The notes beneath the pieces are model-generated. The model was given only the letters and a program-made list of their open reading frames with translations, searched no databases and was not told the origin of the DNA. Both the position numbers and the translations under genes were made by a program. From Oligoflexia bacterium (lineage in GTDB: Bacteria > Bdellovibrionota > UBA1018), in the NCBI GenBank assembly GCA_963758495.1, contig CAVWVI010000003.1, positions 928,001-992,000 of the forward strand: a stretch of DNA of 64,000 nucleotides. Direction: 5' to 3'. Every line of letters begins with the position of its first letter. The stretch's first letter is position 1. Below, piece by piece: positions 19,595 through 28,768 of the stretch.

Positions 19595-19627
19595 ATACCT
19601 AGACAGGGTATACCTCTATAAGGTATA
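19595..19627 (+). promoter_or_regulatory. Tandem palindromic operator pair upstream of higBA (putative HigA sites)
   Basis: ATACCT-AGACA-GGGTAT (19595-19611) and ATACCT-CTATA-AGGTAT (19610-19626), just before the ATG at 19635. Confidence 0.55.
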
Positions 19628-19634
19628 AAGAGTT

Positions 19635-19925
19635 ATGGCCATTCAGTCCTTTTCCAACTCTGACACTCAGACGTTTTTCGAAACCGATAAGGTCACTAAG
19701 AAAGCAGGTTGGCAGGGCATTGCTAAAGTAGCTAAGAGAAAACTAGATATGGTCCACTATGCGGGCTGCCTGGAGGACTTAAAATCTCCACCTGGAAACC
19801 GACTAGAAGCCTTATCTGGAAACTATGCTAGCTACCATAGCATTCGGATCAATGACCAGTGGCGGATTGTATTTCGATGGACAATGTCAGGCCCAACAGA
19901 GGTTGAGATCACTGACTACCATTGA
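19635..19925 (+). CDS. higB: HigB toxin (RelE/ParE superfamily)
   Basis: [46 protein letters not shown]. Confidence 0.93.
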   Translation: MAIQSFSNSDTQTFFETDKVTKKAGWQGIAKVAKRKLDMVHYAGCLEDLKSPPGNRLEALSGNYASYHSIRINDQWRIVFRWTMSGPTEVEITDYH

Positions 19926-19937
19926 GGGAGGATTATT

Positions 19938-20237
19938 ATGATGATTGAAATGAAGAGAAAACCCACCAGCCCCGGAGAGATTCTTTCTGAAGAATTTTTA
20001 AAGCCCATGGGACTAACTCAAAAGCAGTTTGCCGACCACCTCGGCTGCGATGTCAAAGTCATTAACCGCATCGTTAATGAAAAGACCTCCGTTACTGCAG
20101 AGATGGCGATTAAAATCGGTGCCGCTCTAAATACCTCTCCTGACTTTTGGATCAATGCGCAGAGGGCAATCGATCTGTTTGATGCCAGCAAGAAGGTAAA
20201 GAAGCTCCCTAAATCGCTCTTTAAAAAGGCGAGCTAA
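19938..20237 (+). CDS. higA: HigA antitoxin (XRE HTH)
   Basis: P.SPGEILSEEFLKPMGLTQ, VTAEMAIK, TSPDFWINAQ...DL; toxin-first gene order. Confidence 0.93.
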   Translation: MMIEMKRKPTSPGEILSEEFLKPMGLTQKQFADHLGCDVKVINRIVNEKTSVTAEMAIKIGAALNTSPDFWINAQRAIDLFDASKKVKKLPKSLFKKAS

Positions 20238-20349
20238 GTGTCCACGATCAACCTTATTTCCATGCGAGCCGTGAAGGCTCAAAACCGCTTTCGAACACTA
20301 ACCAACGGGATCAACCGCCAAGGTTATTTCTGTTGCTCAATTTCAGTAC

Positions 20350-20790
20350 TTAGGCCGTCTTCTTGAGCGCTTCCTTCGTCTCACCGACTTCAATGAGATA
20401 CCCATCCGGGTCCTTCATATAGCAGCGGTATTCAAATTCGTGACTCTTGGGTTCTGTAAGGAACTCAGCGCCCTTGCTTTTCCACTCTTGGTAGTAATGC
20501 TGAATGTTTGAAACGCGAAGATTCAAAAAGCTACTGACCTCGCGAGTGCCTGAGGGTGGATGTAGAATGGTGTTCGGCTTATCGTCGGTCGGTCCCCCAC
20601 CCACGTTTAGGACGATGTAAGTATTAGCAAGACGAACGTAGGTCGGTTCCCCTTCGAGCACGACTTCTCCGCCCAAGATATCCCGATAGAATTGGGTGGA
20701 TCGGTTGATGTCGGAGACGGTTATGAAATGAGTAGCGATAAATCCAGTTTTAGGAGCAGGTAGATCAGCCATGTTGATTTTGATCTGCAA
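20350..20790 (-). CDS. VOC/glyoxalase family protein
   Basis: HFITVSDINRSTQFY..ILG, YMKDPDGYLIEV. Confidence 0.88.
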   Translation of the reverse strand: MQIKINMADLPAPKTGFIATHFITVSDINRSTQFYRDILGGEVVLEGEPTYVRLANTYIVLNVGGGPTDDKPNTILHPPSGTREVSSFLNLRVSNIQHYYQEWKSKGAEFLTEPKSHEFEYRCYMKDPDGYLIEVGETKEALKKTA

Positions 20791-20846
20791 GGTTCAATCC
20801 CAATTCTAAATAGGCCGTTACAAATCTATCAAGCCGCGGGGTTTCT

Positions 20847-23417
20847 TCATTTAGGCAATTTCTTATTCAACTCAGCTAGTAAGCGATTCAAATAATCTGA
20901 AACTTCTAGAAAATGTCTTTTAGTATTAGAATTATACAGCATATAATTCTTATTTATATTTTCCAGGTTCCTTTTATATGCCCTCAGCTGCCAATCTATT
21001 TTTTTTAAATTTGAGATACTTAATTCATCCTGATTTTTTTTCATGAATTCGTCGTACTTATGTAAAACCGAATCGAGGGCCGATAAATTTGCATTAGTTT
21101 TACTTCTATTTAACTTTGAAAACTGTTTAATAGATCTGGCCGCCAAATTCTTCAATTCAGCCGCGAGCTGATTCTCCTTCTCCCGTTGTCTCTTCTTCTG
21201 AAGAAGATCATCAGGACTTGCCTTTTCATCATTTACCTGTTCCAGATCTTTCTTCTTCTTGTTCAGTACTTTAATTTTCTCTGCCATTTCTGAAATTAAT
21301 TTTCCATTCTTATCAGAATAAGAATTTTGATTCTGTTGATCACCTGAAATTAATTGAGAAGAATGAATTGAAACAGGTGAGGCGAGGGGAAAATTTGGAC
21401 CTCCATGTTTAAAGTAAGGGCTCAAATAATAATGAGAATCTGCTTCTTTGGCTAAATGGTCAGCCACCTCTGCATCAGACTTATTTTTCGTGCCCATATT
21501 TATTTCATTATGGATTTTTGCAGCCTCAAGGTAACTTTCTGCGGCTTGAACTCCTAACTTCATGATCTGTATCGCCTTATTTACCTTTTCACTTGCAGCA
21601 TTTTTAGCTTCCTGTGTTGCGGCAGGATCAGCTTTGATACGCTCCAACTCATCAATTGCGTGTATCGCTGCCAAAGCATCTATCCGTGCAGAATTCAAGC
21701 GAGACAACGCTATTAACCCTTGGGCTTTGCCTTCAGGGGATACAGAAGGAACTGATAATTCACTATCAATTCCGATGCTCAACTGACTGCCTCCCTTCAG
21801 CTTGTCTAGTATTTCATTCATCCTTGGATCGAGACTAAGAGGTGGCTTTTTTATAAGTGAATTAAATCTTTCTCCCTCACGGTTATTTTTCTCACGCATG
21901 GCCTTAAGCTCATCACCCTTAATTTGTTTATTCTTGTCAATAGACTCATACAACTCTTTAAAATCCCGAGCAGCCTCAAGAACTGTTGAGTCATTACTAA
22001 GTCGATCCTTAGGTTCCACTGAATCAGGAAGGACGTCGAACTTATGATCTTGGCGATTTTTAAGCTCCTGTATTACCGCACCTGAAGGGGTGCTTGCAGT
22101 TGCCGAATTTCCTTCCTCGACTTTCTCCACTTTTGAAGCTTCGGCATGAGGAGAGCGCGGATTGGGTTGCATAGGGGGTGGCATTGGGATAGCCAATGCA
22201 CCCAAAGCTGCAATCGGTGCATTCAAGCGGTTTCGGTATGCAATCATATTCTTTTTTAAATCATTGATATCATACTTAATATAATGAGCTAACTTCTGAT
22301 TATCTAGTCGAGACAAGTTTTTGCCTGATTGAACTAAATTTTTCTCGATTTTACTTAAACCTGCCGCGATGGAACTCAAGTGATTGTTATTAAGGGGTCC
22401 ATCAATATCAAATAAATACCTTCCATACTCTTTTAAAATGTCATGCGCTCCTTCTAGCTCCATTCTTGTTTTATCTTGATTTGAATTTTTAAAAGAAAGT
22501 TCGTCAGCAATTACTCCATAATGATTAAGAGTCATCGTTTTTTCAGCTGAACTCAGATTTACTTGAGGGCGTTCTTCTTCCTGAGTATCGTCTTTATCGA
22601 CATCACTCTCTTCATCATATCGATTATCAACTCCATGCCTACTATCGGAAGCTTGAATCCTACTATCTGCGTACTTCATCATTCTTGCAATTTCTTGGAT
22701 CTTATTGATCTCTTCTTCAGTGGCACTCTTTTGTGTACAGGAAATACAAATAGGCCCTTCGAATTGCTGACCCGTCTTTCTTTTTTTTTCAAAAGACTTA
22801 ATCAGACTCATGTAACCTTGAGCAGACATATTCTTTAACTTAGGCTTGAGTTCAGTATCGAGATCTCTTAACTTTCCAATTACAGCAGGAATCTGCTCAT
22901 TCACCGCCCGCAGCTTTCTTTTACTCTCGTCTAATAGTCTTGCTAAATCTCTCACATCAGATCTGGTCTTTTCGTATGTATCCCTTGTTATTTCATTTGA
23001 ACTTTTAGATGAAAAAAGTTGCTCCACTGTGTTTTTATGAAGACTCTTTTGAGTTCGGATCGTCTTTTCATATTCCTGAGTTAGTTCTGGAATCAGGTTT
23101 TCTAATCGATCTCTCTTTTTCTTTATCAACTCCAGCTCATCCTCATAGGCCATCAGATCTTCTAGCTTTATCAATTCCAATGAATCTAAATAGATTCCCT
23201 CACTATTCAATTGCCACCGAAGCACCGAAGTATCTAGTGGATCTTCACGCTCTAGGAGAACCCTTGCCTCGCCACGATACGGGGCAAGCGTTGCTAATAC
23301 CCAAATCCAAAGGAAGCTATGAATTACAACTTTCTTCATAGTTGAATTTTTTCGATCGAATTTCGGATTAAGCATATGACATCCCCGAATCATTTTATTC
23401 GACTTCACTACAACCAC
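20847..23417 (-). CDS. Large secreted coiled-coil hypothetical protein (true start probably 23378 or 23339)
   Basis: Long ORF; signal-peptide-like MKKVVIHSFLWIWVLATLAPYRGEA; heptad-rich; a CISC motif; Pro-rich linker. Confidence 0.75.
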   Translation of the reverse strand: MVVVKSNKMIRGCHMLNPKFDRKNSTMKKVVIHSFLWIWVLATLAPYRGEARVLLEREDPLDTSVLRWQLNSEGIYLDSLELIKLEDLMAYEDELELIKKKRDRLENLIPELTQEYEKTIRTQKSLHKNTVEQLFSSKSSNEITRDTYEKTRSDVRDLARLLDESKRKLRAVNEQIPAVIGKLRDLDTELKPKLKNMSAQGYMSLIKSFEKKRKTGQQFEGPICISCTQKSATEEEINKIQEIARMMKYADSRIQASDSRHGVDNRYDEESDVDKDDTQEEERPQVNLSSAEKTMTLNHYGVIADELSFKNSNQDKTRMELEGAHDILKEYGRYLFDIDGPLNNNHLSSIAAGLSKIEKNLVQSGKNLSRLDNQKLAHYIKYDINDLKKNMIAYRNRLNAPIAALGALAIPMPPPMQPNPRSPHAEASKVEKVEEGNSATASTPSGAVIQELKNRQDHKFDVLPDSVEPKDRLSNDSTVLEAARDFKELYESIDKNKQIKGDELKAMREKNNREGERFNSLIKKPPLSLDPRMNEILDKLKGGSQLSIGIDSELSVPSVSPEGKAQGLIALSRLNSARIDALAAIHAIDELERIKADPAATQEAKNAASEKVNKAIQIMKLGVQAAESYLEAAKIHNEINMGTKNKSDAEVADHLAKEADSHYYLSPYFKHGGPNFPLASPVSIHSSQLISGDQQNQNSYSDKNGKLISEMAEKIKVLNKKKKDLEQVNDEKASPDDLLQKKRQREKENQLAAELKNLAARSIKQFSKLNRSKTNANLSALDSVLHKYDEFMKKNQDELSISNLKKIDWQLRAYKRNLENINKNYMLYNSNTKRHFLEVSDYLNRLLAELNKKLPK

Positions 23418-23634
23418 CCTTTAGAGGATACTTTTGTAAAACCAATTTAAAGTGACCTGTTGTTATTTATTATATTATAAATTGATAATTTTATTAACTA
23501 TTTTAGCACACAGAAAACCATTTACTGCAAGTATCTGATTTTAAACAATATATATACCAGAAGTATAAAATATAAATATATATTATTTAATAATAACAAT
23601 GATAAAATAAAAACTAGACAAGGGAACGATCATC

Positions 23635-25698
23635 ATGAAAATAAACAAACGTAAATTAGTCATCCAATCAATTACAATCCTATTATTAAGCATACTAGAA
23701 ATAAACTCCGCATGGAGTATACCTAACGATGACATAATGACTGATCTACTTTACAATGCCATATTAAAAAATAACATCATAATGGTAAAAACAGAGATTA
23801 AACTAGGTGCCGATGTAAACAAAGTTGATATGGTAGGATGGACACCTCTTACTTTTGCTGCATCCGAAGGTAATTTAGGCATAGTAAAAGTCTTAGTTGA
23901 AAGTGGCTCAATAATAAATCCAAGCCCGGGTAACTGGACTCATACACCACTTTATTCAGCTGTTCTTTCTGGTAAAATAGAAGTTGTTAAGTTTTTGCTT
24001 AATAACAATGCCAGCATAAATCAGAAAAACTTTATGGGTGAGACTGCACTCTATGCAGCCGTGGAAAATGAAAACAAAGAGATCATTAAACTACTTATTC
24101 ATTATGGGGCTGATATAAATATTCAAAATTATGATAAAAAAACATCTTTTGACGAAGCAAAAAAAAGGAACTTGGACCAATTTATAAAAAATTTATTGGC
24201 CGAACGCGATCAAGTCAATCATGTTCAAAATAAAAATAGAGTCATGCCAGAATCAAATTACAAAAGAGGAAGCGATCTCCCTCAAATAAAGGAGGTTCAA
24301 CCTGCTCTAGAGACACTTAAAAAAGCTGCGAGCTTAGGGAACCTAAAAGCACAATCTAAACTATTAGAAATGTATTTAAACGATACCAAAGTTGATCGCA
24401 ATTTATTCACACAAAAGGTTCTTCATTGGTACAAAAAGGCGGCTCTTCTCGGAGATGCAAAGGCACAATTTAACCTTGCAGAGCTTTATAATAATGGCAT
24501 CGGGGTTGAGAAGAATCAAAGTACAGCACTCATGTGGTACAAAAAGGCTGCGCAACAGGGTGATGAAGCAGCAAAAGCGCATCTTAATTTGCTTGGCACT
24601 CAACCTAAAAGTGAAACCGCCTCTATTGTAAAAATACCTGAAGGAAAAGAGACGAATTATCAAAAAGGAATTGATTTTCTGAAAAATAAAGACCTTGAAG
24701 GGGCGCGAGAGGCTTTTAAAAAAGCTGCCGATGGGGGTGATGCAAAGGCACAATCCCATCTTGGTTCTATCTATCTTGATGAACATAACTACCGAACAGC
24801 AGCCTCATGGTTTGAAAAAGCTGCCATTCAGGGCGATGTAAAGGCACAATTTAATCTTGGACTACTCTATGCACAGGGCCTTGGAGTTAAAGCAGACGAG
24901 AATAAAGCACTTGTTTGGTTTAAAAAGTCGGCTCTTCATGAAGATGGAGATAGTGAAATGCAAAATGATTTAGGAGAGATGTATGCCAATGGAGAATCTG
25001 TAAAAAGAAGCCTTTCAGAAGCAGTTAAATTATTTCAAATGGCTGCTAAACAAGGAAATCAATCCGCAATGGACGCGCTCGATAATTTTAGTATTCGACG
25101 TGAAAATGGGATCGAGCTAATTACAAAAGCGGATGATATGCCATTTTCTAAGCTAAAAAAGATGACAAATGATTGTTTTGATGCTGCATTAGCAAAAAAG
25201 GCATTACTTCAAGAAAGAAAGATAAAGACACAGCAACTCAATAAACTGAAAGAATCAGCTCAAAAAAATTCACATTCTACTGAGGGAATTACGGTTAAAA
25301 ATCAAATTAAAGCATTAGAAAAGGAAATCAATACGATATCCAGTGACAATCAATGTAGCATTTGCTTTGATTGTTATTTAGATAAAGGATCGATTGTTAC
25401 CCCTCAGTGTCAGAAATTAAGAAAAGATGATTTCAAGGAAGATAAAGCTCATCATTTTTTCTGTACGGACTGCTTTTATGAACTTCTGGCCTCATCATCA
25501 GCGCAAGAATGCCCGATCTGTAAATATGGAGAATGTGACCAATTTCTTACTGAAATTAACTTTGACCCAACAAGTGAAGAACAACAAAAACTAGAGCACA
25601 AAAAATTAATTTCAGATAAAAGCAAAAAAGAACTTTCTAATGAAGAAAATCCAAAGCCTGTCCAAGGAGCTTCTTCTTCGTCCACTCAAGCTCGATAG
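23635..25698 (+). CDS. Secreted ankyrin-repeat + Sel1-repeat + RING-finger protein
   Basis: Signal peptide; about 4-5 ankyrin repeats (GWTPLTFAASEGNLGIVKVLV etc.); Sel1 repeats (AQFNLG..Y..G.GV, WYKKAAQQG); CSIC...C...HFFCTDC...CPIC. Confidence 0.85.
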   Translation: MKINKRKLVIQSITILLLSILEINSAWSIPNDDIMTDLLYNAILKNNIIMVKTEIKLGADVNKVDMVGWTPLTFAASEGNLGIVKVLVESGSIINPSPGNWTHTPLYSAVLSGKIEVVKFLLNNNASINQKNFMGETALYAAVENENKEIIKLLIHYGADINIQNYDKKTSFDEAKKRNLDQFIKNLLAERDQVNHVQNKNRVMPESNYKRGSDLPQIKEVQPALETLKKAASLGNLKAQSKLLEMYLNDTKVDRNLFTQKVLHWYKKAALLGDAKAQFNLAELYNNGIGVEKNQSTALMWYKKAAQQGDEAAKAHLNLLGTQPKSETASIVKIPEGKETNYQKGIDFLKNKDLEGAREAFKKAADGGDAKAQSHLGSIYLDEHNYRTAASWFEKAAIQGDVKAQFNLGLLYAQGLGVKADENKALVWFKKSALHEDGDSEMQNDLGEMYANGESVKRSLSEAVKLFQMAAKQGNQSAMDALDNFSIRRENGIELITKADDMPFSKLKKMTNDCFDAALAKKALLQERKIKTQQLNKLKESAQKNSHSTEGITVKNQIKALEKEINTISSDNQCSICFDCYLDKGSIVTPQCQKLRKDDFKEDKAHHFFCTDCFYELLASSSAQECPICKYGECDQFLTEINFDPTSEEQQKLEHKKLISDKSKKELSNEENPKPVQGASSSSTQAR

Positions 25699-25703
25699 GA
25701 CAC

Positions 25704-26222
25704 CTACAGCGAAGCCGGGACAATTCGTTCAATTTCAATTTTAGAAAGTCTATTAAATTCAATTTTGCAGATGGTCCTACTTTTATCAACTCCTATACAC
25801 AGTTGTCCTACCTGATATATCGAATGCGCCTCAACTATCGGAGCCAACAAAAATGAAACGAAGTCCATTCCAATTACTGTTTTAAAATCAAATAATTCAT
25901 CTCTAAATCTATTGGAAAAATTATCGTCAGTAACCCAGTCCTTGACGTTACAAATCGGTATACCTTCAATTAGATTTTTTGTACCAGGCTCCCATTGTAC
26001 TTCGCTTTTTTGAGCATTTTCAATACCAGGAATTTTAATACAGCAAATGGCCCCCGTATCAGGGTTCATCCCCACCTCTATAAGTGATTTTTTAAAATTA
26101 CCTGTTCGCCAGTAAATCGGCATAGAAGAGTGCGTATCTCTGCACTTGAAAACAATGGTTGCATAATCATCAATTTCTAATGAGCAGGTTTTTGGAAGTA
26201 ACGAATCTATAATCTGTAACAT
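25704..26222 (-). CDS. Putative immunity protein for the upstream toxin
   Basis: 172-aa ORF 8 bp after the toxin stop, with its own AGGA SD and no signal peptide. Confidence 0.65.
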   Translation of the reverse strand: MLQIIDSLLPKTCSLEIDDYATIVFKCRDTHSSMPIYWRTGNFKKSLIEVGMNPDTGAICCIKIPGIENAQKSEVQWEPGTKNLIEGIPICNVKDWVTDDNFSNRFRDELFDFKTVIGMDFVSFLLAPIVEAHSIYQVGQLCIGVDKSRTICKIEFNRLSKIEIERIVPASL

Positions 26223-26230
26223 TTATCATC

Positions 26231-28672
26231 CTATCTATATAAAGCATGAATTAGAGCAGGAAGTTGACCTACTTGACGCGGAACTCCAAACTTCAATTCC
26301 CATCCTCCCACCTGTATTATTTCTCCAAATCTTACTCCCTGACGTGTAGCAGCTTCTACAGCAGCTTTCAAACTTCCCAATTGCACTTGGCTTGCCAAGC
26401 GCACAGCTTCAGGAGCCCCATTTACAGCCCGGCCTACTGCATACTCAGCAATATGCTCAGTAGCATTTCCATTTACCCAAAACTTTCCCGTACTTGCGCT
26501 TAACTCAAAAGACTTTGGAATGACCGATCCCTTATATACAGGTTGAGTAGCTTTAATCGAATCCCAAACAGTCCCTGTAGAATCCACAACCCTGGACTCA
26601 ACACTTCTCGCTGCACTACTCGCACCACTATCTACAGCAGCACCTACCTCAGCTCGTAATACTTTATTAGCCGCAGCTCCAGCTGCCACTTTAGCACCTT
26701 CATTACAATTGTGAACTAAAACATCAGCTGCATAATAATTATGATTCCCTTGAACATCTAAATTATAAACATCAAACTGGCCATACTCTTCACTGATATC
26801 CTCTAAAAGAACAATCTCTCCTGAGATGTTCTGGAGTTGATCCCCGATTCGAAGATCTCGAGCTTCAACCCAATCCTTTTTATTTACAACATAGAATGGG
26901 TGTTCATCAGTGGTTTTTAATATTTTTCCATCGAAAAAAAGCTGAATCAAGTGGTCGGTAGTATTTTTAAATACCTGTTGCACTTGACGGCATTCACAAC
27001 CCTCTTCACCTAATTCTAGATTACAGCTTGCAACAGCGTCACCCACTTGTATCGATGCAATCGGTTCCGAATGGTAACCCATCGCGCTATCATCTTTTAC
27101 ACAAATCGGGGTTTCACCAGGAAAGCAAAATACTTTGCCTGCACCATAAACTGCTGCTTGAGCTACACCTTTTAAAGCCATTTTCCCTACAGCACTTGCA
27201 AGTAATAAGGTATCTTCGGGGTTGGGAATAAGCGGCTTATCTTCAGCTTCAAGTTTTTGTCGGTACTGAGCTTCGATGGCTTCCACCTCTGCCCTAATGT
27301 GCGCAGTTTCAATCGCTTCTACCTCAGCCTTGATCCGTTGCTCCTCAGCTTCGGCCTTTTGTTTCTGCTGGGCTTCGTAAGCTTCCACCTCTCTTCGAAG
27401 TTCAGCTTCAACGTCCCTTACTTCTTTTCCATAATTCTTAGATTCATACTCCTCTACCTCTCTTCGGAGTGCAGCTTCAGCATCATCCTCGTCATTTTGC
27501 TGATGTCGATTACTATCGTTCTGATGGGTCGTAGCTTTCCGCCGTTGCTCAGCCTCCATCATTCGATTCACTTCAGCTTCATACGCTTCTGCTTTATTTC
27601 GATTTTTCTTGGCCTCAACTAACTTTCTCTCTGCCTCAGCTCTTTGTTGTTCCTGAAGTTTAAGCAGTTGTGCCTCTGCTCGGATCCTTCGAAAGTTTTC
27701 AGCTGCAATCCATTGTTGTTTCTCTTCGAGCTTATCTTGGTTCTCTTTTTTCTTTGCGAACTCTTCCTCTTGTTTTTTCTGCCTCTCCGCTTCAATTCTT
27801 CGCTTTTCTTCAAGCTTTTGCTCTTTCTCATCAGCCTGTCGTTGTTGCTCAGCTCTAAATCGTTCAGCCTGAGCTGCAAGCCTTTTCTTCTCCTCATCAA
27901 TTCGTTGTTGGCGCAAAGCTTCAAGTCGTTGTTGTTCAGCCTCGATCTCTTGTTGCCTCTTAAAGTCACGTTGCCGCTTTTCCTCAGCTTCACGTTTCTT
28001 TCGTGCTTCATGTTCAAGCTTTTGCCTCTCTGCGACTTCACGCCTTTGTTGTTCTTCAGCTTCACGTCGTCGTTGCTGTTCTCCTTCAATTCGTCGTTGA
28101 GGATTATAAAAATTTTCCAGAACTTGTGCCAACTCTGCAACATCAGATGCAGTCTGACTCCTATGTCGATGTTGTTTCACAAAATCTCTAAAATTTTCCA
28201 TCGCCCATGTTAACACCTCGATCTGATCCTTAAGTCCTCCTAGTTGCCTTGCGAGTGTAAGCAACTTTTGATACTCATTTTCCCGATGCTGAAGCATCAC
28301 ATCAAATTGTTGCTGTTGGAGCTGGTAATTAAATCGTTGCTGTTGAAGTTGGGCATTAAACATTTGAGCTTGTTGCATCCCCATAACTCCATACATGTTC
28401 GAAGACTGCTGTGGCCCAGGGACATTAAATTGAGGGCGAACTCGAAGATTATTTAATGGTCCAGGTTGATTATAAACCGGACGAGGTGCCGATCTCTGCT
28501 GTAAGGGTTGTGAAGGTGCTGACCGAAAATTTCTAGATGAGCCGGGATCATTTGCCGAATTTGATATTGCTTGAACCTGAGGTACAGAGACTAGAGCAAA
28601 CGATGTGCACAAGATCCCTACTTTTATCGTATCTAAAGAGAGAGTTAAGTGCTTAATCAACTTCATAAACAT
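26231..28672 (-). CDS. Polymorphic toxin: signal peptide, Q-rich/coiled-coil stalk, Hint (PT-HINT/BIL) domain, C-terminal toxin tip
   Basis: CFPGETP...TTDEHPFY...VYNLDVQGNHNYY..VLVHN/C Hint motifs, then a 158-aa tip; ATG at 28672 preferred over TTG at 28699. Confidence 0.85.
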   Translation of the reverse strand: MFMKLIKHLTLSLDTIKVGILCTSFALVSVPQVQAISNSANDPGSSRNFRSAPSQPLQQRSAPRPVYNQPGPLNNLRVRPQFNVPGPQQSSNMYGVMGMQQAQMFNAQLQQQRFNYQLQQQQFDVMLQHRENEYQKLLTLARQLGGLKDQIEVLTWAMENFRDFVKQHRHRSQTASDVAELAQVLENFYNPQRRIEGEQQRRREAEEQQRREVAERQKLEHEARKKREAEEKRQRDFKRQQEIEAEQQRLEALRQQRIDEEKKRLAAQAERFRAEQQRQADEKEQKLEEKRRIEAERQKKQEEEFAKKKENQDKLEEKQQWIAAENFRRIRAEAQLLKLQEQQRAEAERKLVEAKKNRNKAEAYEAEVNRMMEAEQRRKATTHQNDSNRHQQNDEDDAEAALRREVEEYESKNYGKEVRDVEAELRREVEAYEAQQKQKAEAEEQRIKAEVEAIETAHIRAEVEAIEAQYRQKLEAEDKPLIPNPEDTLLLASAVGKMALKGVAQAAVYGAGKVFCFPGETPICVKDDSAMGYHSEPIASIQVGDAVASCNLELGEEGCECRQVQQVFKNTTDHLIQLFFDGKILKTTDEHPFYVVNKKDWVEARDLRIGDQLQNISGEIVLLEDISEEYGQFDVYNLDVQGNHNYYAADVLVHNCNEGAKVAAGAAANKVLRAEVGAAVDSGASSAARSVESRVVDSTGTVWDSIKATQPVYKGSVIPKSFELSASTGKFWVNGNATEHIAEYAVGRAVNGAPEAVRLASQVQLGSLKAAVEAATRQGVRFGEIIQVGGWELKFGVPRQVGQLPALIHALYR

Positions 28673-28724
28673 AATTTTTCCGATCCTAATATTAAACAAT
28701 TATAAATATTATTTATTTAATATA

Positions 28725-28740
28725 AGCAACGGACGTGCCA
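28725..28740 (-). promoter_or_regulatory. Sigma-54 (-24/-12) promoter of the toxin gene
   Basis: Minus strand TGGCAC-GTCCG-TTGCT, an exact match to TGGCAC-N5-TTGCW, about 50 bp upstream of the ATG. Confidence 0.75.
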
Positions 28741-28755
28741 TTTTTTATCCTTTAA

Positions 28756-28768
28756 ATTCAAGGGTTTA
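28756..28768. promoter_or_regulatory. IHF-like site upstream of the sigma-54 promoter
   Basis: ATTCAA-GGGT-TTA, one mismatch to WATCAANNNNTTR. Confidence 0.35.

Noticed and set aside
27257..28456. Several 60-190-aa alternative-frame ORFs overlapping the toxin gene
   Set aside because: Shadow ORFs of low-complexity E/Q/K/R codons; no motifs.
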